The notes under the pieces were generated by a model, which was not told where the DNA came from, made no database searches, and saw nothing but the letters and a program-made list of their open reading frames with translations. Shown here in pieces: positions 54,701 through 63,500 of a stretch of DNA of 64,000 nt (positions are counted from its first letter, which is position 1; each line of letters starts with the position of its first letter). The DNA lies in contig CM000429.1 of NCBI GenBank assembly GCA_000165345.1, positions 512,001 through 576,000 on the forward strand, in the 5' to 3' direction. A program made the translations under genes and the position numbers.

Positions 54701-56090
54701 TGATAGCAATAAAATTGAGAAGCTTCACGATGAAATCGAGTCTCCAGAACAAACAATAATGAGATCATTCCAAGGAAAAATTATTGTAATAGATGACTCC
54801 TTAGACGCTATTAAATACGATAATAGTGAAAAAAATTCTTCTGACGGATGTGAAGGGTTGATTGAAAAATCTGCAAATAACGAGTTACCTTTAACTTGGG
54901 AATCTGTATTTTTAGATTCACATGACCCGCTATTAATCATAAACCAATTACAATATCGTGATAGGATATATATGGGTATGTCTCCAACGAATTACATGGT
55001 TCTTCATAGGTCGTTGTATGAGAAATATTCATTTTTGAGATTGAACTATGAATCCGAGTATCTATTTCGCCTATTATGGCATTTTTCTCATTGCTGTATT
55101 TACCATGGAAATTTGCTGAATAGTTCTACTCTAAATAGAGATTTTGAAAGTTCCATTATTCACCCATTACAATGTATCTTGCTAATTATAGGTATTTTAA
55201 GAAGGTCATTGGAGAATCCAAATCATTCTGACTTGAAACAACTCAACTGGGAAAGAGACAATAGCGATGATCAATACTCAGGTTTTAATTCTTCATGTAT
55301 TAATTCAAGCACAAACAAAAAATTGAATGTAGTAGAAAGGATACTTGCAGTTTCTATTGAGTTACTTGAGAATGGAGTTTGCAATCAGATCGTAAATTAC
55401 CAAATGAATTGCAAATCTAATTATGACCCATTTATTCTTGGAAGCAATATTCAAGGTATTTTGGATTCAAAAAATAATGAATCTTTGAATTCTATTTTAC
55501 ATGAAAACGAATCAAACTTAGAGTCTAGTTCCAATTGCAAGAAAAATATTAATTCTACTCTTGAAAAAAATTATGAGGTAAATATAAATAAGGAAGAAAC
55601 AAAAATTTTAAACTGTAAGAATAATCTATCTAATGATTCTTCGTTATCTTCTTCACGTATATCGTCATTAGAATCTGTGATACAAAAAGTTTACGATTGC
55701 AAAATCAATAAAAATGAATTATCAAACACTGATAGAAAACAACCACGCAAAGTTGTTATTTATTCTTCAACAACTAAGTCAATACACAAAGATAATTTTT
55801 TTGGAGAAGAAACGGGAATTCTTAAAAGGATGGTTAAAAATAAGAAGCAGATGAAAGAAACGAGGATTGTTAACATAAACCAGCAATCCAAGAAATTTAA
55901 CACATTTTCTCCTACGTTAGTAGCTAATCAAAATTTAGATAGGCCCCAGAGCCAGAATATTTTGAGATCTATTGGATTAGAATCTACAAACGCATTTTGT
56001 GAAAGAAATCTCGAATCTTACAAGGGTGATAAGCTACAAAGCAAATTTAAGGTTTTTACCTCTTCTCCACTGAGAATATTTAAGAAGTAG
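51744..56090 (+). CDS. ABHD17-like alpha/beta serine hydrolase domain fused to a ~1100 aa low-complexity C-terminal region
   Basis: Residues 1-280 have a strong ABHD17/BEM46-type match. ILVIYAHANGVDIGEI matches LLYSHGNAVDLGQM. LLFDYPGYGKYEGRSDE matches FSYDYSGYGISSGRPSE. The nucleophile elbow is IILWGCSIGTG (GxSxG). CPVLWIHGKKDSLFNWHGSLEMYN matches [24 protein letters not shown]. The remaining ~1150 aa are N/S/I-rich with no recognised domain. Confidence 0.65.
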   Translation: MVIQKFVDVAMFPGTYSSYDITSYPETILIPGPIDADKKIPCFFFAPRSNSKILVIYAHANGVDIGEIHSRLHYVSERLKVNMLLFDYPGYGKYEGRSDESSVDQCMNILLNFATQELNWPIENIILWGCSIGTGPSTRQAKILNERKKKLGGLVLQCPYKSIKHAAESLAGKIGRFLISQRWNIQSEIMDCSCPVLWIHGKKDSLFNWHGSLEMYNNYHIHLRSCHFPKDANHHYFDIEVDIIQPIQKFINKFVLPNTLPIFDHGSIRNGKKVKLNINKVYSSKLNPFRPTILDVYLTRNTNVKVSKDNCLPGEKKSNDTSNNNIDDEGNHIRIIGPKDIKSILPFWGNNKKDTSSTIHSQKNMIYLEGDFAPKYIWLNGEAGEYIKHSQENISKTNSSSSIYLSSSGEDEFENNSDYDNGFYSDADSNQSDDYSNEEFKCYNKLVNSNIISSNNIFHKNIKQCISYNNINTNVYSIYNNAFEKSHKLNFRKRNVILNNPSVFRMECRNRMERLNFRSFIKNEELLLNFWPITNLYCYLFDQYYQFFQIILQKLKQGEFSFIKNGNDTFLSVIMWVRRLYYLYTPTLFMNSIYLYDPDSDKWVLEGITIGNIYIQLKNIDGVCGRLAVRLLDNYPISNSFPPPYYIIVPIYVPPKPFFQPIAEWIVRNIYRFHVYNLIKLNKSTKYRELLISQKYTNIDFFNDPMNQLETKCLLEELSFSSLQHFLLSNTRPKIEKLALITGFGNWIPFGWCEFFVKLFETNSKHYLQRLFLNHEKVNINSNDFINLLVPFYLPSFVNLEIMFRIIKTKIKTRDEWIDSMKTNSKNEFQENQINSLIHPDICNNIFSNLMIVINSSIKITDGLKIRSDTKNKHLDFQTNTQNSFLLQSNQLNWEEILRDFDSFSNFMSQINFITPDLFLPGISQTFRGRQRTENQKPSHEKTNELIHSTSDNVLETIPIFGNMGFDQINQSADTDEFNYEEIPEVDSNKIEKLHDEIESPEQTIMRSFQGKIIVIDDSLDAIKYDNSEKNSSDGCEGLIEKSANNELPLTWESVFLDSHDPLLIINQLQYRDRIYMGMSPTNYMVLHRSLYEKYSFLRLNYESEYLFRLLWHFSHCCIYHGNLLNSSTLNRDFESSIIHPLQCILLIIGILRRSLENPNHSDLKQLNWERDNSDDQYSGFNSSCINSSTNKKLNVVERILAVSIELLENGVCNQIVNYQMNCKSNYDPFILGSNIQGILDSKNNESLNSILHENESNLESSSNCKKNINSTLEKNYEVNINKEETKILNCKNNLSNDSSLSSSRISSLESVIQKVYDCKINKNELSNTDRKQPRKVVIYSSTTKSIHKDNFFGEETGILKRMVKNKKQMKETRIVNINQQSKKFNTFSPTLVANQNLDRPQSQNILRSIGLESTNAFCERNLESYKGDKLQSKFKVFTSSPLRIFKK

Positions 56091-56286
56091 ATCGCTTCTA
56101 CACTAACCTTAGACAAAATTATAAATTAATTTAGTATATCTCTTTAATTTTTTTTTTTTGATAAAATAACTTTTTTTCTAACAAAGCACTACCGCAGTTT
56201 ATTTTCATGTGGACAAGCATTTTAGATTGCTAAAAAAAAAAATTTCAAGGTTGTGTGAAGGTAGCATTTCCTATTCTTTCCTTCTT

Positions 56287-57030
56287 ATGAAGAGTTTATT
56301 CTCATTTGATTTTCTTGGAAAATGCAATTCTCGTTGTTTTAATATTTTATTGACAGGGCCTGCATCATCAGGTAGAACAACATTCCTACTCAGACATTTA
56401 AAAGGTAGGTATGTAGATTCAGCAACAACTGAAAACATTTATTCAGCTGTAATTGAAAGAGAAAATTGTGTACTGAATATTGTTGATAAGGACATTTTTT
56501 CCCAATCCGATAACTCTTATAATTGTACTTTAAAAATCAAAAATAGAAACGAGATTGATAAAAATGGATGCATTGTAAAAAAAAAAGGTAAAGATAAAAT
56601 GCAAATTATTGGTAAAGATACTATAAATGATGAAGATAATAGTAATATTGATGGAATTTTGTTTTTTATTGATTCAAGCGACCATGGTCGAATACCTCTT
56701 GCTAGGAGGCTGTTGATGCAATTATTAAAGAAAGCAAACAAACAAACTCCTATATTAATTATTGCAACAAGGCAAGATATAATCGGCGCATTAGCTCCTG
56801 GAGAATTAGCAGCAAAGCTAAAAATTGAGGATATCGCAAGTATGTTTGAAGACCAAGCCTGGGACTACGGCATTATTGGAGTCTCTGCATATACAGGGTT
56901 GGGCTGCAACGAAGCTTTAGACTGGATTTCGGAAGCCATTTGGAGACATCAGTTATTATGCCATTGCATTCCATTCAACCGTTTTTGTTATAATTTATGT
57001 AACTCTGGCATTTTAATGTTAAATTTTTGA
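56287..57030 (+). CDS. SRP receptor beta-like or Arf-family-like small GTPase-fold protein with non-canonical G motifs
   Basis: The ORF-track start at 56209 is GTG; the first ATG is 56287. ILLTGPASSGRTTFLLRHLKGRYVDSATT parallels the SR-beta ILLLGLDNSGKTLLFVRLLTGLYRDTQTS. ILIIATRQDIIGALAPGELAAKLKIE parallels LIACNKQDIAMAKSAKLIQQQLEKE. The P-loop lysine is replaced (GRT), and NKxD reads TRQD. No N-terminal TM anchor is visible. Confidence 0.45.
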   Translation: MKSLFSFDFLGKCNSRCFNILLTGPASSGRTTFLLRHLKGRYVDSATTENIYSAVIERENCVLNIVDKDIFSQSDNSYNCTLKIKNRNEIDKNGCIVKKKGKDKMQIIGKDTINDEDNSNIDGILFFIDSSDHGRIPLARRLLMQLLKKANKQTPILIIATRQDIIGALAPGELAAKLKIEDIASMFEDQAWDYGIIGVSAYTGLGCNEALDWISEAIWRHQLLCHCIPFNRFCYNLCNSGILMLNF

Positions 57031-57049
57031 ACCAGCACTTACGAATTAT

Positions 57050-57820
57050 TCAATCTTCTAACCTCGTATTGTATCCTCCGCATGTTTGGCATTTAAGCCC
57101 GTAAGGGTGTGAATAGGTATTACATTTAATATTGCAATCATTACAAAATATATTTACAAGTTCCTTGGATTCCTCAGGTATTGGGGATTCGGCGATCATT
57201 TTATCTATTTCATTCCATATCTGAGAATTGTCTCCCAAGGACTTACTGCAAATTGGACAACGTAGGCTGGTTAGCCCCTTTGCTTCTCCTAGTAGAAGTA
57301 AACAATCCTCATGTATTGTGTGACCACAATTTAAAATTGACACAGTTTTTATTGAATAAAATAGATCTTCTAAGCATAAGGGGCATGGGCGTCTACATGA
57401 ATTCTCAATGCATTTGTGGGTTTCTTTAATGCTCAGTGGGTAGCACATGCAACAAACTTTGCAGTGAAAGTAAGATTCTTGACCACCCACTCTACAAATT
57501 CCGCATTCATCACAATGAAATACATTTTTTTCTATTCCATTGTCGTCCCAAAGGTTGCATTTACTACAAAAGTACTTGGCAAATTGAGTTACATCACATT
57601 TTTTACCAGATTTTTCGCCACACTCTGCGCTATTAATACAAGAGTTACTTGCTGGCTGACGCTTATTACATCTTCTACATACCACTTCTTTAATGCTAAA
57701 TCTATCAACCTCGTGATGGTCTTCTTGGCTCTCATTATGACAATGTCTACACCAATATTCATTATTACAGCATGGTGCAATAATTCTGCACCTAGATTTA
57801 TAGTGTTTACACCCGTCCAT
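57050..57820 (-). CDS. CHY zinc finger / RING-H2 / zinc-ribbon E3 ubiquitin ligase (RCHY1/Pirh2-like)
   Basis: CHY zinc finger: GCKHYKSRCRIIAPCCNNEYWCRHCHNE...CRRC...C..C...FCSKCNLWDD...FHCDECGICR. RING-H2: CPLCLEDLFYS...LNCGHTIHEDCL...CPIC. C-terminal zinc ribbon: CNDCNIKCNTYSHPYGLKCQTCGGYNT. ATG start at 57820. Confidence 0.8.
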   Translation of the reverse strand: MDGCKHYKSRCRIIAPCCNNEYWCRHCHNESQEDHHEVDRFSIKEVVCRRCNKRQPASNSCINSAECGEKSGKKCDVTQFAKYFCSKCNLWDDNGIEKNVFHCDECGICRVGGQESYFHCKVCCMCYPLSIKETHKCIENSCRRPCPLCLEDLFYSIKTVSILNCGHTIHEDCLLLLGEAKGLTSLRCPICSKSLGDNSQIWNEIDKMIAESPIPEESKELVNIFCNDCNIKCNTYSHPYGLKCQTCGGYNTRLED

Positions 57821-58076
57821 AGACCCGAGTTATTGGATTATTTATAATAACTATATAGTTATTATAAATATAAATATAAGTAATTATATAATTTTTCGGA
57901 TCAGTTTTTTTTTTAACCGCAAAAAATCAATTTATGGCGAAAATTACGCAAACAATCATTCCTAGTAGTTCTTGGCTTTTTTTGATTAAATTTATACATA
58001 TTCTGAATATTTATGGGTAGAATTATCTGTTGAATTGTTAATGAAATAAAGGGTTATTGCTTTTTGATATAAAAAA

Positions 58077-60338
58077 ATGTCAAATCAACAATATTCTCTT
58101 AATAATAATGTATTTCAAAACTTTCAAAGACAAATTTCTTCTCAAAATCAAAGTTCTTCTGAGCAAATATCATCTCAATCTTCAACTTACACTAATCAAA
58201 TGGTTAACAATAATATTAGTTTAATGAAAACGTTTGTGCCTCATACTCAAAATGGTGTTGAAAATGATGGTAGTATTACACAAGTTATTAAATACTTAAG
58301 AAAAAATGGGTATATTGAGACAATTGATACTTTGCTATTTGAAATGAATGAAAATGATAGAAAATTAAAAATTAATTCTCTTGAGAACGAGATGACTGAT
58401 TCTGAAGTTGAAAATTTAATTAATTTTACTAGGAAAATAGATAATATTGACACTCAAGTGATTTCGGATAAATATTCCAAGTTCAGAAATTGGATTCTGA
58501 ATTCGCTATCTTCTGTTCGAGAAGAACTCATTTCTGTTTGTTTTATTGTTTTTGTTAATATCTGCTATATCTTATACAAGAACTCATCTATTGAGAGATA
58601 TAGAAACTTCTTAAATAAGTTTTCAGATGATTTTTCGCTATCTAAATATAGAGAAGCTGTCACATTATTAAGAAATTCAAGTGATTTGGGTTATTTAAAA
58701 AATGCAGAATTGTTGAAACCATTTTTTGGATCGAAATTTCATATCATCCTAAACCGAACATCTATTTCATTATTGAATAACTTCTTATTGTCCCATTGTG
58801 ATACTCTAATTTTAGGAATTATGCAAGAGAAATTGGTTATTCATGCTTTTGATCACAAGACAAATAATAATGACGTTACGCTTACCAGCAGAAATGAAGA
58901 ATTGGGTTGTTTGAAGGAAGTTGGGAATTTTCAGATTGGCGAGCTTTATTCTGAAGACTCCTTATTCATTGAATTTAACTCAAAAAATAACCAAAAAAAC
59001 AATACTTATGGCGACATATCTGTAGTTGCAAAAGATGCATCAAAAGTACTTGAAACTGATATGTCAGGTAAAGGCTATTCCCAAAGTAATTCTATTATCA
59101 ACTGGGGGCTTCATCCTGAGAATTACAGTGGAATAATTTCCAAAGAAAATGAAATGAAAAAATCCAAATTTAATCGATTTGATGACGAAATTACAGAAGA
59201 AATTAAAAACGTTGAAATAGAATTCAATCCCATTAACGATTCAAACAACTCTTTTACGTTTAAATATAAAAAACATTTATATGAAGAAGTATCAAATCGA
59301 AAATTTGTTGATTCTACCCATCTTCCCTCTATAATTTGTAGCAGTTTGGAATGCTCAAATTGTAATGAAATAATTGACATGAATATTTCACATAACCATG
59401 AAGTTGGCGCATATTGTACCGATGATGGCTGTATACAAGTTTTTGATATAGAAAATCCGGAATCAAAGATTGAACCTATATGGATCCATAGAAATAGAGT
59501 ACAGTGTGTAAGGTTTCACCCATGGAATCCGGAGTTTTTATTATCTGCTGGAATCGACAGTATTATTAAACTTTCAATTATTACCAAAGATCAAGAACCC
59601 ACTTTATATCAACTAGTTACATTCTCTGGACATTCAACAAATTCTTGTATTTGGGATCTCAGCTGGGATGATCACGGGATTTCCTTTATTAGTGGCTCAA
59701 GCGACCAAAGTGCAAGATTATGGTGTACATCAAGGACTTATCCAATTCGTATATTTACAGGTCACTTTGGAGATGTTAGATCGGTGTCAATACATCCAAA
59801 CTCTTCTATTACTGTAACTGGTGGCAGCGATAATCAAATTATTATTTGGGATGTACGTACAGGAAAGAAGGAAGGCACAATTCATAACAGAAAAGTTATG
59901 TCAGGAATTATTAATCAGGTCAAATTCAGCCATAATGGATATTTGTTAGCTTCCTCTTCAATTAATAATCAAGCTACTCGCTTTTATTCTCAAAACCAGC
60001 TTATAGTACCAATTTGGGATATTCGTAAATTGTGCAATTCTAATAGAGCTACTGAATTTTATCAGCTTTGTCAATTCCCAAATGATACAATAGATTCAAA
60101 AAAACAAACGTTTGTTAAATCGCTTGATTTTTCATTTGGGAGCCGTGTCATTGCATCTGCAACTAATAGTGGTATAGTTTCTATCTGGGATACAAACGTA
60201 GAGACAAGTTTTAATCAAACGGACAATCCAAACTTAGTTAACAATTCTGCGCAGATTTATAAATTAAAGAACTCAAGTATAAAAAGCCTCAAATTCCTAT
60301 CTAGAAATTTACTATCAATATCGTCTGTAAAGTTATAG
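58077..60338 (+). CDS. TAF5: TFIID subunit TAF5 (LisH + NTD2 + WD40)
   Basis: LisH-like GSITQVIKYLRKNGYIETIDTLLFEM. The NTD2 region FRNWILNSLSSVREELISVCFIVFVNICYILYKNSSIERYRNFLNKFSDDF matches the TAF5 WIESSLDIYKYELSRLLYPVFVHCYLDLVAKGHSEEARSFFEKFSGEH. The C-terminal WD40 repeats match the TAF5 pattern: IWDLSWDDHGISFISGSSDQSARLWCTSRTYPIRIFTGHFGDVRSVSIHPNSSITVTGGSDNQIIIWDVRTGK against ...FASGSHDRTARLWS.D...PLRIF.GH.SDV.CV.FHPNSNY.ATGSSD.TVRLWDV.TG. Confidence 0.7.
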   Translation: MSNQQYSLNNNVFQNFQRQISSQNQSSSEQISSQSSTYTNQMVNNNISLMKTFVPHTQNGVENDGSITQVIKYLRKNGYIETIDTLLFEMNENDRKLKINSLENEMTDSEVENLINFTRKIDNIDTQVISDKYSKFRNWILNSLSSVREELISVCFIVFVNICYILYKNSSIERYRNFLNKFSDDFSLSKYREAVTLLRNSSDLGYLKNAELLKPFFGSKFHIILNRTSISLLNNFLLSHCDTLILGIMQEKLVIHAFDHKTNNNDVTLTSRNEELGCLKEVGNFQIGELYSEDSLFIEFNSKNNQKNNTYGDISVVAKDASKVLETDMSGKGYSQSNSIINWGLHPENYSGIISKENEMKKSKFNRFDDEITEEIKNVEIEFNPINDSNNSFTFKYKKHLYEEVSNRKFVDSTHLPSIICSSLECSNCNEIIDMNISHNHEVGAYCTDDGCIQVFDIENPESKIEPIWIHRNRVQCVRFHPWNPEFLLSAGIDSIIKLSIITKDQEPTLYQLVTFSGHSTNSCIWDLSWDDHGISFISGSSDQSARLWCTSRTYPIRIFTGHFGDVRSVSIHPNSSITVTGGSDNQIIIWDVRTGKKEGTIHNRKVMSGIINQVKFSHNGYLLASSSINNQATRFYSQNQLIVPIWDIRKLCNSNRATEFYQLCQFPNDTIDSKKQTFVKSLDFSFGSRVIASATNSGIVSIWDTNVETSFNQTDNPNLVNNSAQIYKLKNSSIKSLKFLSRNLLSISSVKL

Positions 60339-60515
60339 AATCTTCACATAAATATTTATTTTCCTTTTTCCATTTTTATTTTCTCCGCATGAATTGATTT
60401 TTGACCTAATCAGACATTCTGCCGCAATAGAAATATATTATTGCAAAGAATGAAAATAAAATGACTATTATGATTATGCAAATCTTTTCAACGACTAAAA
60501 GTTAATTTTTTAATC

Positions 60516-63500
60516 ATGAAAATTTCTCTTTCCGGTTATAAAGTAATTAATTTGTTTGATCTTGAGCTTGATCGCTTGACAATAATCTCAAAAAATAAAT
60601 CGTTTCGAATATCGATTAAAAAGTTAAAAATATCTGTTTTCAATTGGTTTACATTTATCATTTTTGTTATTTATATTCTTTTAATAGGCTGCAGACATAT
60701 TGATTTATTTTTCAATTTTTTTTCCAAATTTACTGAGAAGAAAATTGCAAGTTTAAAACTAGATCAAGTAGAAATATATCATTTAAAGAAAGATGGATCT
60801 AGCGTACCAAATGTCAAAAGGTCAAATCTTATTAATTTTGTTTCTTCATATTTTGATTTTGAGCTTTTCAGTGTTTGTCTATTATCAGAATATAAACTAT
60901 TAGGAAAAACATTTTTATTTGGAACTAATATTGGATCTATTTACAAGAAAAATTATTCATTCAGGAAAACTAACATTTTTATACGAAGGATTTCTGTCAG
61001 ATTTAATGAATATTTTGATGATATTTCTACTTACGATATAATTGATTTAATTGGATTGAAAGCATATTTTTTCTCAATTTTAAAAGATCAAGAAACGATC
61101 CTAGCTTTTCCGGGTCTTTTAAACATTGATATGGTAAATTCAAATTATGAATCATTTATCACAATAATTGAGGATAATATTGAAAAGGTATACTCAGGTA
61201 TTTATTTATCAATCCCATTATTAAATTATGTCTTTTTCAACATTAAGTCGTTATTCATAAATAAAAATGGAAGTAGTTTAATTCATAACGTGTTTAATTG
61301 GAAGCTCAAGATTTTGATTAATTTTAAAAGAATATTTTTGGAGACATATGAAAGTAATAAATTATTTCTAACAATTAGTTCTATTGTATTCACTTTAGAA
61401 TATAATATGCACAACTTCTCGCTAGTAATTAAACTTTTGAATTGCTACTTATTAATCAACTTGGAAAACTCTATTCAAATTCTGGAATCTATAATTTATT
61501 TTGATGTTAAAGATAAAATAATAAGAGCGAATATGAAATATTTAAGATTATACTCAAAAGCGATACACTCTAATAGTCTCGACAACTTCATTGATGTAAT
61601 AGAGATTCCAGAAATGAATATATTTTCAACTAAGATCGAGCATTGTCCAGAAAACCTTTCGATTGTATTTTTTACTTGTATTGAATTAAATAGTGAGCTG
61701 CTGATCATTAAATTGACGGGCCTGGATGAAATCTTTTGCCAAAATGTTGAATTTAAAAATGAGATCTCAGATTTGCTTGAATTCTCAAATCAATATTTAT
61801 CAGTATCAGATAACGAAGAGAGTGTTTATACAATTTTCTATACTCTAGAGAGAATTGAAAATAAAAACTTGAATATTCAGATAAACTTTAATTTTAATTC
61901 AAATATTCAACTAATCTATAATATGAATAATATAGAACTAAACATTGAAAGAAGTCAAGCTAATTTAACATTCAACTCAAATGAGAAGTTTCTGAAGATT
62001 ACAGATTTTGAATTAGCCCAGTATAATTATTTATATGAAAATGTGTTTTCAATGAAAATAAAAACCATTTTGCTTAACTTTAAAACTAGTAACAAAAGTA
62101 TATTTTTGCAAGAAATAGTTTTTGAAAAAGAAAGTACAATATGCATTTTCTTAAAAGATATTTCAATATTTACAATAGAAAATTCATGCAATTTGAGTGC
62201 AAAAAATATAAAAATTTATTTATATTTAAATACTTCATTAAATTATAACTCAATATTTACTGTATTTGAAATTGAATACGTCAACTTTATTTTCCAAAAA
62301 ACGATTTATTGCTGGAAATCTATAGAAATATACAAGATAATTATTAAACAATGTTTTTCAAAAGATGAGCCATTATTTTACGAGCTAATAAGAATTGATG
62401 AAGATCCAGTTAAAATTCGTAATGAAAACTTGAGTAACAAATATCTAACAATTTGCATTCCAAAACTGTTATTAGCGGCAAGTAATTATCAGATAATGAA
62501 GCTGAGCAATTTGTTTTCAAATTTTAAGCAAAATTCACTCGTCAAAACTAGGATTAGTCAATTAAATTTGATTATAACATTAAATAATGCAAGTATACAT
62601 TATTACTTTCACACTGAAAATAAATGCACAACATTATTAGCTTATTTTGAGAATGGTAAAATCTTTTTATCAATTAATGATAAGTATGAAATTGACATCA
62701 GCTCAAAATTTAATCGAGTTGAAATAATGGCTGGTGAAGTTCATATTGGTAATGATAAAATAATTAAATTCCCACATTACAGTGAAACTTTGTATTCAAA
62801 ACTTCATAATAGAGACATATATTGCGATATTGTTTATTATGAAATTACGAAAAAGATCAAGACTAATCTACTAATTGATGAAGGCAAAATACAGAATTCT
62901 GGTTTTAAAGACAAAATTTTTCCAATTTTTATTAGTAGTATCGACATTTCTCATAACTTTCATATAAAGTTACGCAAAAATACAAAAATAAGAGTTCATT
63001 ACAACTTTAGTAAAGATTCTTTTCTTGTAAACTCAAATTTGGTCAATAATACGATGCTTATTTTAATAGATGTACATGATTATGTGAATTCCAATGAATT
63101 ATTTTATTCTATCAGCTCTGAAGATAATAAATACAAGCTTTCAACATTTTTGGAAAAGATAAATGATATTTGTTTGTTTGAAATTAGACTTCAATGCCTA
63201 AATATGTTATTAATAAAAGCCCAGCTCGAATCGAAATATTTAATTCTTAATTTGAATGGCATTTTGTTTTCTAACCTTAATTCTTTTGAATTATGTATTG
63301 AAAAGTTTAAGATATTTGTCAAATATCCCAGCAACAATTTCAGCGGAGAATATATAAATTTAATAATAAATAACAATCTAATTAAGGCAAATCTCAAGAT
63401 CCTAGATTCCAAAATGTTTTTTTTTGCTGAAAAACTTATTTTTAATTTAAAATTTCTAATTAGAGAATTCGAATGCAAAATTGAAGCAGTTCAACTCAAA

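Noticed and set aside
56209-56286. ORF-track 5' extension of the SR-beta-like gene (MDKHFRLLKKKISRL...)
   Set aside because: It starts at GTG and has no similarity to anything. The first ATG at 56287 sits immediately before the P-loop region.
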